The position numbers and the translations under genes are program-made. Under the pieces are notes generated by a model. It ran no database searches. It was given only the letters and a program-made list of their open reading frames with translations, and was not told where the DNA came from. DNA of 64,000 bases from Vicinamibacterales bacterium (GTDB lineage Bacteria; Acidobacteriota; Vicinamibacteria; Vicinamibacterales; UBA8438): NCBI GenBank assembly GCA_965197395.1, contig CBDANB010000007.1:953355-1017354 (forward strand). Reading direction: 5' to 3'. Positions 10,668 through 20,419 of the stretch are shown one piece after another. The number at the start of each line of letters is the position of its first letter. Within the stretch, counting starts at the first letter, position 1.

Positions 10668-11884
10668 TGCCGTCGCGTCCGCTCGACGGGGTGACCGTCA
10701 CGCCGGCGCGTCCGCTCGACGGGGTGACCGTCGTCGCCCTCGAGCAAGCGGTCGCCGCACCGTTCGCCACGCGGCAGCTCGCGGACCTCGGCGCGCGCGT
10801 GATCAAGGTCGAGCGCCCGGGCGTCGGTGATTTCGCGCGAGGCTATGACTCAACGGTCAAGGGGTTGTCGAGCCATTTCGTCTGGCTCAACCGGTCGAAA
10901 GAGTCACTGACACTCGACCTGAAGCGGCCGGAAGCCCGCGAGGTGCTCAGCCGGCTGATTGCCGCGGCCGACGTGTTCGTGCAGAACCTGGCGCCGGGTG
11001 CCGCCGAGCGTCTCGGCTTCGGCGCGGCTGCGTTGTGCGCGGCCGCGCCACGCCTCATCGTCTGCGATCTCTCCGGATACGGCGCGAGCGGCCCGTATCG
11101 CGACAAGAAGGCGTATGACCTGCTCGTGCAGGCCGAGTCGGGGCTCGTCTCGATTACGGGCACCGAGGCGGAACCGGTCAAGTCGTCGATCTCGGTCGCC
11201 GATATCGCCGCGGGCATGTACGCCTATAGCGGCGTGCTCACCGCGCTGTTCAGACGGGAGCGAACCGGCGTGGGCGCCAGGATAGAGGTCTCGATGCTCG
11301 AGGCGCTGACGGAGTGGATGGGCTTCCCGCTCTACTACACGATGTACGGGGGGACGTCGCCTCCCCGAAGCGGGGCCCGCCACGCGGCGATCGCGCCGTA
11401 TGGGCCGTTCGCCGGGGCCGACGGCGAGACGGTCTTCCTCGGGCTCCAGAACGAGCGTGAATGGGCCAGGTTCTGCACGCGCGTCCTCGAGCAGCCGGAT
11501 CTCGCCGTCGACGCTCGGTTCGAGACGAACGCGAAGCGGGTGGAGCATCGCGCCGCGCTCGACCGCGAGATCGAAGCGGTCTTCGCCCCGCTCTCCGCCG
11601 GCGCGATCGTCGATCGGCTCGACGCCGCTGGAATTGCGAACGCCCGCATGAACACGGTGGCGCAGCTCGCCGCGCATCCTCAGCTCGCCGCGCGCGATCG
11701 CTGGCGCGACGTGGAGTCGGCCGCCGGCGCGATCAGGGCAAGTCTTCCTGCCGCAACCATCGAGGGTGTCGAGCCGCGGATGGACCCGATTCCCGCTGTC
11801 GGCGCGCACAGCGATCACATCCTCGACGAGCTCGGGTACGACACCGCTACGATCGGCGCGTGGCGGGAGGCAGGGATTATCTGA
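10667..11884 (+). CDS. CaiB/BaiF class III CoA transferase (Ict-like)
   Basis: EQAVAAPFATRQLADLGARVIKVE, WLNRSKES, KAYDLLVQ. Confidence 0.92.
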   Translation: MPSRPLDGVTVTPARPLDGVTVVALEQAVAAPFATRQLADLGARVIKVERPGVGDFARGYDSTVKGLSSHFVWLNRSKESLTLDLKRPEAREVLSRLIAAADVFVQNLAPGAAERLGFGAAALCAAAPRLIVCDLSGYGASGPYRDKKAYDLLVQAESGLVSITGTEAEPVKSSISVADIAAGMYAYSGVLTALFRRERTGVGARIEVSMLEALTEWMGFPLYYTMYGGTSPPRSGARHAAIAPYGPFAGADGETVFLGLQNEREWARFCTRVLEQPDLAVDARFETNAKRVEHRAALDREIEAVFAPLSAGAIVDRLDAAGIANARMNTVAQLAAHPQLAARDRWRDVESAAGAIRASLPAATIEGVEPRMDPIPAVGAHSDHILDELGYDTATIGAWREAGII

Positions 11885-11910
11885 TCCCGGCACTCGCTTG
11901 TGTTGCGTAC

Positions 11911-11958
11911 GTAGCGCAGGCCTTCAGGCCTGCGGGCCAGGCTGAAGCCTGGCCCTAC
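11911..11958 (+). repeat. GTAG..CTAC REP-like doublet
   Basis: GTAGCGCAGGCCTTCAGGCCTGC..GGCTGAAGCCTGGCCCTAC, intergenic. Confidence 0.6.
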
Positions 11959-12032
11959 GAAAGGCTATACAAGTGAGCTCCGGGGTTAGGTCAGGACAAG
12001 TGATATTCTGACGCGCTGAGGTCACTGAAGAC

Positions 12033-12542
12033 ATGACGATCAAAGAAGGGTGGACCGGCCGTGTCTACGAGGACTTCGAGGTGGGGGACGTCTATCGCCA
12101 CCCGCTCGGCCGCACCGTGCTCGCGACGGACAACGTGTGGTTCACGCTGCTCTCCCAGAACGTGAACAAGATCCATTTCGACTACGCGTACGCGGCCAAG
12201 ACCGAGTTCGGCAAGCCACTCGTCGACTCGACGTTCACACTGGCGCTCGTCACGGGCCAGTCGACGATTGACCTGTCGGTGAACGTCATGGCCAATCTCG
12301 GGTGGGACGAGGTGCGGCTGCCGGCTCCGGTCTTCGAGGGCGACACGATCTACTCGCAGAGCGAGGTTCTCGCCACGCGCGAGTCGAAGTCGCGGCCAAA
12401 CGTCGGTATCGTCACCGTCAAAACCGATGGCTTCAATCAGGACGGGACGATCGTGTTGACGTTCAAGCGGACGTTCATGGTGTATCGACGCGGGCATGTG
12501 CCTCCGGTCGCGACCATCCGGCCCGCCGGGAGCGAGGGGTAG
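12033..12542 (+). CDS. MaoC-family dehydratase (RipB/Ich-like)
   Basis: GRVYEDFEVGD..DNVWF..IHFD..PVFEGDTIY hotdog motifs. Confidence 0.9.
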   Translation: MTIKEGWTGRVYEDFEVGDVYRHPLGRTVLATDNVWFTLLSQNVNKIHFDYAYAAKTEFGKPLVDSTFTLALVTGQSTIDLSVNVMANLGWDEVRLPAPVFEGDTIYSQSEVLATRESKSRPNVGIVTVKTDGFNQDGTIVLTFKRTFMVYRRGHVPPVATIRPAGSEG

Positions 12543-12543
12543 C

Positions 12544-13953
12544 GTGGGTCACTCGGCAGCCGCGCGGGTCAGGGCTGCCGCGCGCGTCGCGGCGGCCGTG
12601 GCGCTCGCCGCCGCCTGCGTCGCGTGCGGGGGCGAGCCACCGACAGTGGTCGACGGCGATCTCGCGTTCGTCCACGTCAACGTCGTGCCGATGGACACGG
12701 AGCGCATCCTTGAGGACCACATCGTGGTCGTCGAGAACGGCCGCATCACCGCCATCGCGCCGTCGAGCACCCTCGAGCCGGCCGAGGGGGTCGACCTCAT
12801 CGAGGGCGAGGGCCGGTATCTGGTTCCGGGCCTCACCGAGATGCACGGCCATCTCCCAAGCCCGCGTTCGACCGACGCGGACATCGGCAACCTCCTCTTC
12901 CTCTATGTGGCCAACGGCGTCACCACGGTTCGCGGGATGCAGGGCGATCGGTCGCAATTCGCGCTGCGCGACCAGATCGACCGCGGGCTGCTGCTCGGAC
13001 CGCGCCTGTTTCTCGGCAGCGTGTCGATGAACGGCAGCAGCGTCACCACCCCCGAGCAAGCGTCGCAGCTCGCGCGCGAGTACAAGGTGTCCGGCTTCGA
13101 TCTGATCAAGACGCACGAAGGGCTGTCACCTGAGGCGTTCGATGCGCTCGCGGACACGGCGACGGAGATCGGCATCCCGTTCGGGGGGCACGTTTCGGAC
13201 TTCGTCGGCCTGAGGCATGCGCTGGCGCGGGGGCAGGCGTCGATCGACCACCTCGACAACTACGTCGAGGCGTTGGCGTCGGAGGACACACGCGCGGAGG
13301 ACGAGCGCGGCCTGACCGGTGTCGGTCTCTTGCTCGATCAGGTCGACGAGTCGCGTATTCCGGAGCTTGTCGATGCGACCGTTGCGGCCGGCGCCTGGGT
13401 CGTCCCGACGATGGTGCTGTGGGAGACGGCGTTCTTCAACGACCGCGGCTCGGTCGACGTGTTGCCCGACCGGCCCGAGGTGCAGTACATGCCGCCGGAA
13501 ACGGTCGATCGGTGGCGGCAGGCGGTCGACATGCGTCTCGGCGCATCCGATATCGAGACCAACCGGCGGGTGGCCGCCTTGCGCCGCACCATTCTCAAGG
13601 CGCTGCACGACGGTGGCGCCAACATCGCCCTTGGGACCGATTCGCCGCAAGTGTTCAGCGTGCCCGGATTCGCGATGCACCACGAGATGGCGCTCTACGT
13701 GGATCTCGGCATGACCCCGTATGAGGTGCTCGAGATCGCCACGCGGCGGCCGGCCGAGTATTTCGGCGCCGACGACGACTTCGGCACGATCGCCGTCGAC
13801 CGGCGCGCGGACCTGCTGATGCTGAGTGCGAACCCGCTCGACGACATCGCGAACCTCGCGGCGCGGGCGGGGGTGATGGTCAACGGGCGGTGGATCTCCG
13901 GCGAGGACGTTGGGCGGCGGCTGGCGGAGATCGCGTCGTTTTATGGCAACTAG
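12544..13953 (+). CDS. Amidohydrolase family lipoprotein
   Basis: PGLTEMHGH, NGVTTVR, LGTDSP; lipobox-like ACVAC. Confidence 0.85.
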   Translation: MGHSAAARVRAAARVAAAVALAAACVACGGEPPTVVDGDLAFVHVNVVPMDTERILEDHIVVVENGRITAIAPSSTLEPAEGVDLIEGEGRYLVPGLTEMHGHLPSPRSTDADIGNLLFLYVANGVTTVRGMQGDRSQFALRDQIDRGLLLGPRLFLGSVSMNGSSVTTPEQASQLAREYKVSGFDLIKTHEGLSPEAFDALADTATEIGIPFGGHVSDFVGLRHALARGQASIDHLDNYVEALASEDTRAEDERGLTGVGLLLDQVDESRIPELVDATVAAGAWVVPTMVLWETAFFNDRGSVDVLPDRPEVQYMPPETVDRWRQAVDMRLGASDIETNRRVAALRRTILKALHDGGANIALGTDSPQVFSVPGFAMHHEMALYVDLGMTPYEVLEIATRRPAEYFGADDDFGTIAVDRRADLLMLSANPLDDIANLAARAGVMVNGRWISGEDVGRRLAEIASFYGN

Positions 13954-13991
13954 CGCTGTTAGGACCGTGAATGCCAAGGGGTAATTGACGA

Positions 13992-15362
13992 ATGACCGCG
14001 ATTGAGACGCTGGCCGAGTTCGTGACCACGGCCGAGGTTCCGGACGATGCGCGCCAGGCGGCGCGCGATGCCGTGCAGGACACGCTCGGGGTGATGCTGG
14101 CTGGCGCGGGCGAGCCGTCGGCGGCCATCGTCCAGCGGGTGACCCGGGCCGAGGGAGGCGACGGACGGGCGAGTGTGATCGGGACACCGATTGCCACGAC
14201 CGCGACGTGGGCGGCGCTGGCAAACGGCACGGCGGCGCATGCGCTCGACTTCGACGATATGTGCTGGGTGACGCTCGCCCACCCGAGCGCCCCGCTCGTG
14301 GCCGCCGCATTGGCGGCGGCCGAGACCGTGGACGCGTCGGGCGCCGCGCTGCTGGACGCGTATGTCGTCGGGTTCGAAGTAGAGGCCGTCCTCGGCACGG
14401 TCATGAACCCGTCGCACTACGAGCAGGGCTGGCACGGCACGTCGACCATCGGCACGATCGGCGCCGCGGCGGCGGCGGCGCGCGTGTTCGGCCTTGACAC
14501 GGAGGCCACGGGCCGCGCGTTGTCGGTCGCGGCGTCGGAAGCGTCCGGGCTCAAGGAGAACTTCGGCACGATGGTCAAACCGCTCCAGGGCGGACTCGCC
14601 GCGCGCAACGGCGTGCTGGCGGCGCTGCTCGCGCGCGAGTCGCTCACGGCCTCGCCGCGCGCGATCGACGGCCCGCAGGGCTTCCTGGTTGCCATGCGGA
14701 GCCAGGGGCGCGATCTGGCCCAGGCGAGCGCGCACCTCGGGGAGCGATGGGAAATCATCGACGGCGGCATCACCGTCAAGCTCTATCCGTCGTGCGCGGC
14801 GACCCATCCCACGATTGACGCGCTGATCGATCTCCGACGCGAGCATGGCCTCGAGGCGGATGCAGTCTCCGCGGTGGACGTGGCCGTCGACGCTGTCACG
14901 CCGACCGTCCTCATCTACGACCATCCGACGACGGGACTCGAGGGGAAGTTCAGCCTCCACTATTGCGCGGCCGCCGCGTTGGCGTTCGGTCGTGTCGGGA
15001 TTGACACTTTCGCACCGGACGCGATGCACCACCCAACGGTCCAACGCCTCGTGCCACGCGTGACGATGCGGGTCGACGAGACGCTGGGGCGGGAGGCGCC
15101 ACCGTTGACCGAGGCCCGCGTCTCGGTGCGACTGGTCGATGGGCGTGTCCTCGAGCGCGCCGCCAATGGCGCACGCGGCTATCCGGACCGTCCAGCATCG
15201 CGGACCGAGCGCGACGCCAAGTTCACGGCCTGCGCGCGACGCGCGGTCTCCGAGGCGGCGGCGGCGTCCGCGCTGGCGGAGCTGCACGAGCTGGCAGCGG
15301 CTCGCTCGGTCCGGAGCCTGGCCGCCTCGCTCGCCGCAGACGCCGTGGCGCAGGCAGTGTAG
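13992..15362 (+). CDS. MmgE/PrpD family protein
   Basis: NGTAAHALDFDD, GWHGT, KLYPSC..HP. Confidence 0.92.
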   Translation: MTAIETLAEFVTTAEVPDDARQAARDAVQDTLGVMLAGAGEPSAAIVQRVTRAEGGDGRASVIGTPIATTATWAALANGTAAHALDFDDMCWVTLAHPSAPLVAAALAAAETVDASGAALLDAYVVGFEVEAVLGTVMNPSHYEQGWHGTSTIGTIGAAAAAARVFGLDTEATGRALSVAASEASGLKENFGTMVKPLQGGLAARNGVLAALLARESLTASPRAIDGPQGFLVAMRSQGRDLAQASAHLGERWEIIDGGITVKLYPSCAATHPTIDALIDLRREHGLEADAVSAVDVAVDAVTPTVLIYDHPTTGLEGKFSLHYCAAAALAFGRVGIDTFAPDAMHHPTVQRLVPRVTMRVDETLGREAPPLTEARVSVRLVDGRVLERAANGARGYPDRPASRTERDAKFTACARRAVSEAAAASALAELHELAAARSVRSLAASLAADAVAQAV

Positions 15363-15377
15363 GAGCCGAGGACGTTC

Positions 15378-16238
15378 ATGGCGTCACCGTTCCGCGTGCG
15401 GCGCAGCCTGCTCTTCGTTCCGGCCGATCGGCCCGACCGGTATCCAAAGGCGCTGGCCACGGGCGCGGATGCCGTCTGTATCGATCTCGAGGACGGCGTC
15501 TCGTTCAGCGCCAAGGCGGCGGCCCGCGACGCGGCGCTGGCATTCCTGACGGACCGCACGCCGACCGGGACGGAGGTCTCTCTGCGGATCAACGATCCGA
15601 AGACCGATCTCGGGCAGGTCGACCTCGACGCGGTGCGTCGCGGCGGCATCCGGCCGGATGCGTTGATGTTGCCCAAGTGCGGCGGCGCCGACGAGATACG
15701 CGCGGTCGAGCAGACGCTGGCGTCAGCCGTGCCGGATCTGCCGTTGATCGCCATGGTGGAGACCGCCCGCGGGTTGGCCGCGGCGGAGGAGATCGCGTCG
15801 GCGTCACCGAACGTGGCGGCGGTGTTCTTCGGTGCGATCGACTACTCCGCCGACGTCGGCTGCGCCGTCGACTGGGACGCGGTCCTATACGCGCGCTCGC
15901 GCGTCGTCGTGGCCGCGGCGCTCGCTGGTGTCGGCGCACTCGACTCCCCGTTCATGGATGTGCCGGCGCTTGACGCGCTCGAGGCGGAGTGCCGGCGTAC
16001 CCGGGCGCTCGGGTTCGGCGGCAAGGCGGCCATTCACCCGACCCAGGTCGCGGTCATTCAGGACGCGTACTCGCCCGGGGCGGCGGAGGTGGAGTGGGCG
16101 CGGACGATCGTCGACGCGTATACGAAGCACGACGGCGGTGTCCTGCTCGTAGACGGCAAGCTGATTGAGCGACCGGTCATCGCCGCGGCCAAGCGCACGC
16201 TGGCGATTGCCAAGATGGTCGAGCAGGCGTCAGATTAA
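15378..16238 (+). CDS. CitE/HpcH-HpaI family CoA-ester lyase (Ccl-like)
   Basis: RSLLFVP, DLEDGV, LPKC, GKAAIHPTQ. Confidence 0.9.
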   Translation: MASPFRVRRSLLFVPADRPDRYPKALATGADAVCIDLEDGVSFSAKAAARDAALAFLTDRTPTGTEVSLRINDPKTDLGQVDLDAVRRGGIRPDALMLPKCGGADEIRAVEQTLASAVPDLPLIAMVETARGLAAAEEIASASPNVAAVFFGAIDYSADVGCAVDWDAVLYARSRVVVAAALAGVGALDSPFMDVPALDALEAECRRTRALGFGGKAAIHPTQVAVIQDAYSPGAAEVEWARTIVDAYTKHDGGVLLVDGKLIERPVIAAAKRTLAIAKMVEQASD

Positions 16239-16281
16239 CCCCAGGGCTCACGTGGTGACCCAAGTGAGCCCTGGGGGGTTA
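16237..16281. terminator. Hairpin between convergent genes
   Basis: CCCCAGGGCTCAC..GTGAGCCCTGGGG stem. Confidence 0.6.
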
Positions 16282-17685
16282 GGCGACGTCGGCCATCGCG
16301 CCGCGCTCCTTGCGCATCGCTTCCGCGCGCTCAATCGCCAGCAGATTCTGCACGATGGGGAGGTAAAACGCGCCGTCGCCTTCGACCGTCACCAGGTCGT
16401 CGTCGGTCGCGACCCATCCGATGTCCTCGAGCACGCGCCAGACAATGCGGTGATCCGCCAGGAGGTCCCGCCCGAAGAGCCGTCGATACTGCGAGCGGCT
16501 GACCGAAAGCCCCTGAAGCTCCTGGAACAGGAGATGCAGCCGCAGGTCGGTTTCCGTGTAGTGAAAGCCACGCATCACCGGGAACCGGCCGGCGTCGAGG
16601 TCGTCGAAGTACTGGTCGACACGCACATGGTTCATATACGCCCAGCCGGGGGCGGTTGGCGTGCCGAAGAAGAACGAGATGCCGGCGAACCCCCATCCCC
16701 AGGCGTCGTAGCCAATCAGGTGACCGTCGTCTTCGCGGAACGGCCGTCGAAACAACTCCTCATAGAGGTAGCTGCTCGGGAGCGCGCCGGTGCGCTCGAA
16801 GTCGTAGGGGGTCACCTGGTGGAAGCCGTTGGCCTCCAGGAACTCCTTGCCCAAACGGTACATGTCGAGGTTCTGCGCGGTGGAGGGGAGCTCGGCGCGC
16901 CGATGTCTCGAAAAATCGGTGCGACCCGCGACATTGAGCTCGTAGTGCGTCACGTGGTTGATGTCCGTCGCGACCATCGCTCGTAGGTCGTTGAGCATCA
17001 AGTCAATCGTCTGATTCGGCCATCCGAAGATGAGGTCGACGCTCACCGGCAGCTCCAAGTCCTGGCATGACGCGATCGTGCGAAAGACCTGGTCGGATGT
17101 TTGCCGGCGCCCGCTGAACTTGATCAGCTCGTCGTCGAGTTGCTGCACGCCCATGCTGATGCGGTTGATGCCGCAGGCCTTCATGGCGGCCAGCTTGTCG
17201 TGGCTGAACGTTTGCGGAATGCCCTCCAGCGTCACCTCGATGTCGGACGGCACGTCGAAGACGCCGCGGACGATGTCCATCAGCATCTCATACTGGTCGG
17301 CCTTGTACAGGTTGGACGTCCCCCCGCCGAAGTACACGCTCGCCAGCTCCGCATCACCCAGATGAGGACGGAACATCTCGCCCTCGCGCTTCAAGTAGTC
17401 GAGATACCGATCCAGCTGGCGCCGATCCTTGTACACCTCACTGGGGAAGAGGCAAAACCCGCACCGGTCCGGTGCCGTCGGAAGGCAGTACGGCGTCCCG
17501 ACGTACAGGTTGATGCGCTTGCGGACGGTTTCGGTGGACTGCTCGCGCCGGCTCATGATCGCCGGGATCGAGACGTCGCGATCGAGCCAGAACACGGGCG
17601 ACGGGTGACCGTGGAGAACCTTGTTGCTCTGCCGCCGCAGGCGATGCTTGTCGATGTAGGCGCGTACGGCGCTGGCGTCGAGCAT
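16279..17685 (-). CDS. HemN/HemW-like radical SAM protein with CX7CX2C motif
   Basis: YVGTPYCLPTAPDRCGFC, YFGGGT, RISMGVQ, DLIFGWPNQT. Confidence 0.85.
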   Translation of the reverse strand: MLDASAVRAYIDKHRLRRQSNKVLHGHPSPVFWLDRDVSIPAIMSRREQSTETVRKRINLYVGTPYCLPTAPDRCGFCLFPSEVYKDRRQLDRYLDYLKREGEMFRPHLGDAELASVYFGGGTSNLYKADQYEMLMDIVRGVFDVPSDIEVTLEGIPQTFSHDKLAAMKACGINRISMGVQQLDDELIKFSGRRQTSDQVFRTIASCQDLELPVSVDLIFGWPNQTIDLMLNDLRAMVATDINHVTHYELNVAGRTDFSRHRRAELPSTAQNLDMYRLGKEFLEANGFHQVTPYDFERTGALPSSYLYEELFRRPFREDDGHLIGYDAWGWGFAGISFFFGTPTAPGWAYMNHVRVDQYFDDLDAGRFPVMRGFHYTETDLRLHLLFQELQGLSVSRSQYRRLFGRDLLADHRIVWRVLEDIGWVATDDDLVTVEGDGAFYLPIVQNLLAIERAEAMRKERGAMADVA

Positions 17686-17688
17686 GCG

Positions 17689-17751
17689 CTAAGGAGCGTC
17701 CCTGGGGTGTGGTCCGTGCCGCGGGAGCGTGTCGGCATGGCCCACGTGCAT
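17689..17751 (-). CDS. Possible 20-aa His-rich upstream peptide MHVGHADTLPRHGPHPRDAP
   Basis: ATG just after the predicted TSS; TAG stop one codon before, and in frame with, the radical SAM ATG. Confidence 0.3.
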   Translation of the reverse strand: MHVGHADTLPRHGPHPRDAP

Positions 17752-17761
17752 GCCGCGTGCG

Positions 17762-17790
17762 ATTGTCGGCGGTCGTGGCATGGATGTCAA
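17762..17790 (-). promoter_or_regulatory. Sigma70-type promoter
   Basis: TTGACA-17 bp-GACAAT on the minus strand. Confidence 0.65.
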
Positions 17791-17809
17791 GAAGCGGTGC
17801 TCCCTGCTC

Positions 17810-20419
17810 CTAGTCGAAGCGCGCCAGGACCGCGTGATGGTAGTTGACCTCGATGTCGGTGGGTTCGGCCGGCAGCGGGATCTCGACATCGACCTCGTCG
17901 GCATCGACCCACACACGATGGGTCTGCGCCGGGTGGTCGCGGAAGACCACGCGGATCGGGACCGGCATCCGAAAGCCCGAGGGGACGTCCTCTTGTCGGA
18001 TCGTCCCGTGCAGCACGAACGGCGCGCCTCCGTCCAGGAGCGGAGAGACCTCGAGATCCGGGCGGTAGGTCGGCACGTCGGTGCCGTAGACCCACTGGTC
18101 GAAGAACCAATCCATCGGCTCGCCCGCCGCTCGCGTCACCGCGGCCTCGAACGAGCGCGTCGTGGCGACGCCGTCGAGGTTGGCGCGCACATAGTCACGG
18201 AGCAGCCTCCGGAACGGCTCGTCGCTGCCGGTGTCGAGGTCGATCAGCATCATGCGAATCATGTGCAAGATGAAGGCGCCTTTCTCGTACACGAGCAGCC
18301 GGTAGTCCATCGGCGTGTCGGCGGTCTGGAGCCGGTAGCCGGCGACGATCGCGCCGGACCGGTGGCCGTCGCTTTGCTGTATGACCTCCGGTCGAAAACC
18401 ATACTTCAGCCCGACGCCCTGACCGATATTGACCTCGCCGAGGGCGTCGAGGCGCCAGGCGTCGAGCATTTCGAGAAACTGTTCTTCGTCGTTCCGACCG
18501 ACCAGCGCATAGATCGCCGCTGCGTAGTGCGCAAATCCCTCCGATATCCATTGGTCGCGGTAATGCTCCCAGCCGACGCCCGCGCCCCACCACTGGTGTG
18601 CCACTTCGTGCGCCCTGAACGCCGCTTCCTCACCGGTGTGCAACCCGCCAAAGGCCTGAAACGTGAGCAGGACGAGACCGGGAAACGCCTGTCCGCCGTA
18701 GGTCGGCGTTTCGGTGGCGAGCAGCGAGTCGAACGGATAGGGCCCGAAGTAGTCGGTGTAGGTCCGGATGGCGCCCGCCAGATCCTCGATCGTCCTCGCA
18801 CGCGCGCCGGGAGCAAACCCCAGGTGATTGCGGTTCGCGTAGACGGCAATCGGCGGCAGGCCGTCGAGTGTCAACGCTTCGACCTCGAATCGGCCGTATT
18901 GGAACGACATGCTACCGCGCACCGGCCGATCGGTCACCCACCGCATGATGCGCGTGTCGTCCTCGACGCGCTCCTCGACGAGCGCCCCGCCGCTCGCCAC
19001 CCGGTAGCCGTCCGACGTCCGAAACGTCAGGTCGAACCGGCGCAAGCGACTGTGGAAGTGGGTCGGAATCCAGTAGGTCGTGTCCTTGACCAAGAGGTTG
19101 CGACTGCGGGGCAGTCGTTCCACGAGCTCGCCCTCGTAGGCGAGCTCGAGCACGAAGCGTTCGCCTGCGGCAACCAATCGTGGCAACAGCACGGTCACCC
19201 ACGGCTCGTAACGGTCCTCGTCCGTGCGGCGGTTGTGTCGTTCCTGGACGAAGTGGACCGGCTCCCCCGTGAGCGGCAGCGGCTCGTCTACCGGCACCAC
19301 GGCGTCATTGTTAGCGGGAGGCGACGTCAGGAGGGCGACGGTGTGGACATCTTCCGCGCCAGGCGGCGCGGCCGGTCGCCAGCGAACATCCGTCACCTCG
19401 ACCACCTGGGAGATCCGCAGGCGCAGGGTCGCGAGCGGTTCGAGGACGTCGATCAGGAGCGCCACGCTCGCCGTGGCGTCACCGTCGCCCTCGAGCGCGA
19501 GGTCGACGTCGGTTCGGGAAATGGCGACGCGCGGCGTCCAGCCCTCATGGTCGGGCTGGCGCGGCCGGAGTGGAAGCCCGAAATCGCGAAAGTCCCACTC
19601 GTCGTCGTCGTCGCCGTCGGGGTCCGCGGGGCCTGCCACCTCCGGGTCACGTGGGAAGCCGGCGAAGGCCTCCTCGGCCGCGGATCTGTCGAAATCGGTC
19701 AGGGCATGCGTGCCCATCCAGACGTCGGCCACTCGTTGACGACGGTGGTAGCGTGCGACGCGGACTTCCTCGATCTCGCGGGGCTCGATCTCGATCGAAA
19801 ACCAGTCGTGGTCACGGCCGTGAATCTCGCCGTAGAAGTAGGGTCGGGACTCCGCGGGCAGCGCCGCGTCGTCGCGCCACAGCGCGGTCAGGACGCGGCT
19901 GTCCGGATTGACCAGCTGGTGTTCGAGGAGCGCCTTGCGGCGATCCTCGAGCAGGTCGGCGGCCTTCTCGATCTCACGCCCGGGCGTGCCGTCAGCCAGC
20001 GACCGCAACCGATCGTCGAGGTCGTCGGTAAACCAAAAGACCCACCGGTCGAACTCCTCGTCGAGGATGTCCTCATCGAGGATCTTTGCGATCTGCTGGT
20101 GCTCGATCCCGTCGGGCGGGTACGCGCGGACTCGTCCACGGCCCTGATAGATCGCGATCGGCGTGCGGTCACCGACGGGCACGACATAGAGGTCGCCGTC
20201 GGTCAGCTCGAGCTCGAAGCGGTCGAATCGCAAGCGGCCGTCACGTACATGCCCGACGGCCTCCGGACGCGCCTCGCGCAGCCTCTCGTAGACCGGCGGC
20301 GGCCCGAGACCTGGCGAGTCGTCGCCCTGCGCGGCCGCATGTCCCGCGGCGAGCACGAACGCCACGAGTGCGGCGCTGCGTTGAATAGGAGGACCAGCGA
20401 ACGCGGCTGTCATGGCCAT
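17810..20419 (-). CDS. M1-family metallo-aminopeptidase
   Basis: AHEVAHQWWG..WISEGFA..YEKGAFILH; start uncertain (ORF open to 20638). Confidence 0.85.
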   Translation of the reverse strand: MAMTAAFAGPPIQRSAALVAFVLAAGHAAAQGDDSPGLGPPPVYERLREARPEAVGHVRDGRLRFDRFELELTDGDLYVVPVGDRTPIAIYQGRGRVRAYPPDGIEHQQIAKILDEDILDEEFDRWVFWFTDDLDDRLRSLADGTPGREIEKAADLLEDRRKALLEHQLVNPDSRVLTALWRDDAALPAESRPYFYGEIHGRDHDWFSIEIEPREIEEVRVARYHRRQRVADVWMGTHALTDFDRSAAEEAFAGFPRDPEVAGPADPDGDDDDEWDFRDFGLPLRPRQPDHEGWTPRVAISRTDVDLALEGDGDATASVALLIDVLEPLATLRLRISQVVEVTDVRWRPAAPPGAEDVHTVALLTSPPANNDAVVPVDEPLPLTGEPVHFVQERHNRRTDEDRYEPWVTVLLPRLVAAGERFVLELAYEGELVERLPRSRNLLVKDTTYWIPTHFHSRLRRFDLTFRTSDGYRVASGGALVEERVEDDTRIMRWVTDRPVRGSMSFQYGRFEVEALTLDGLPPIAVYANRNHLGFAPGARARTIEDLAGAIRTYTDYFGPYPFDSLLATETPTYGGQAFPGLVLLTFQAFGGLHTGEEAAFRAHEVAHQWWGAGVGWEHYRDQWISEGFAHYAAAIYALVGRNDEEQFLEMLDAWRLDALGEVNIGQGVGLKYGFRPEVIQQSDGHRSGAIVAGYRLQTADTPMDYRLLVYEKGAFILHMIRMMLIDLDTGSDEPFRRLLRDYVRANLDGVATTRSFEAAVTRAAGEPMDWFFDQWVYGTDVPTYRPDLEVSPLLDGGAPFVLHGTIRQEDVPSGFRMPVPIRVVFRDHPAQTHRVWVDADEVDVEIPLPAEPTDIEVNYHHAVLARFD

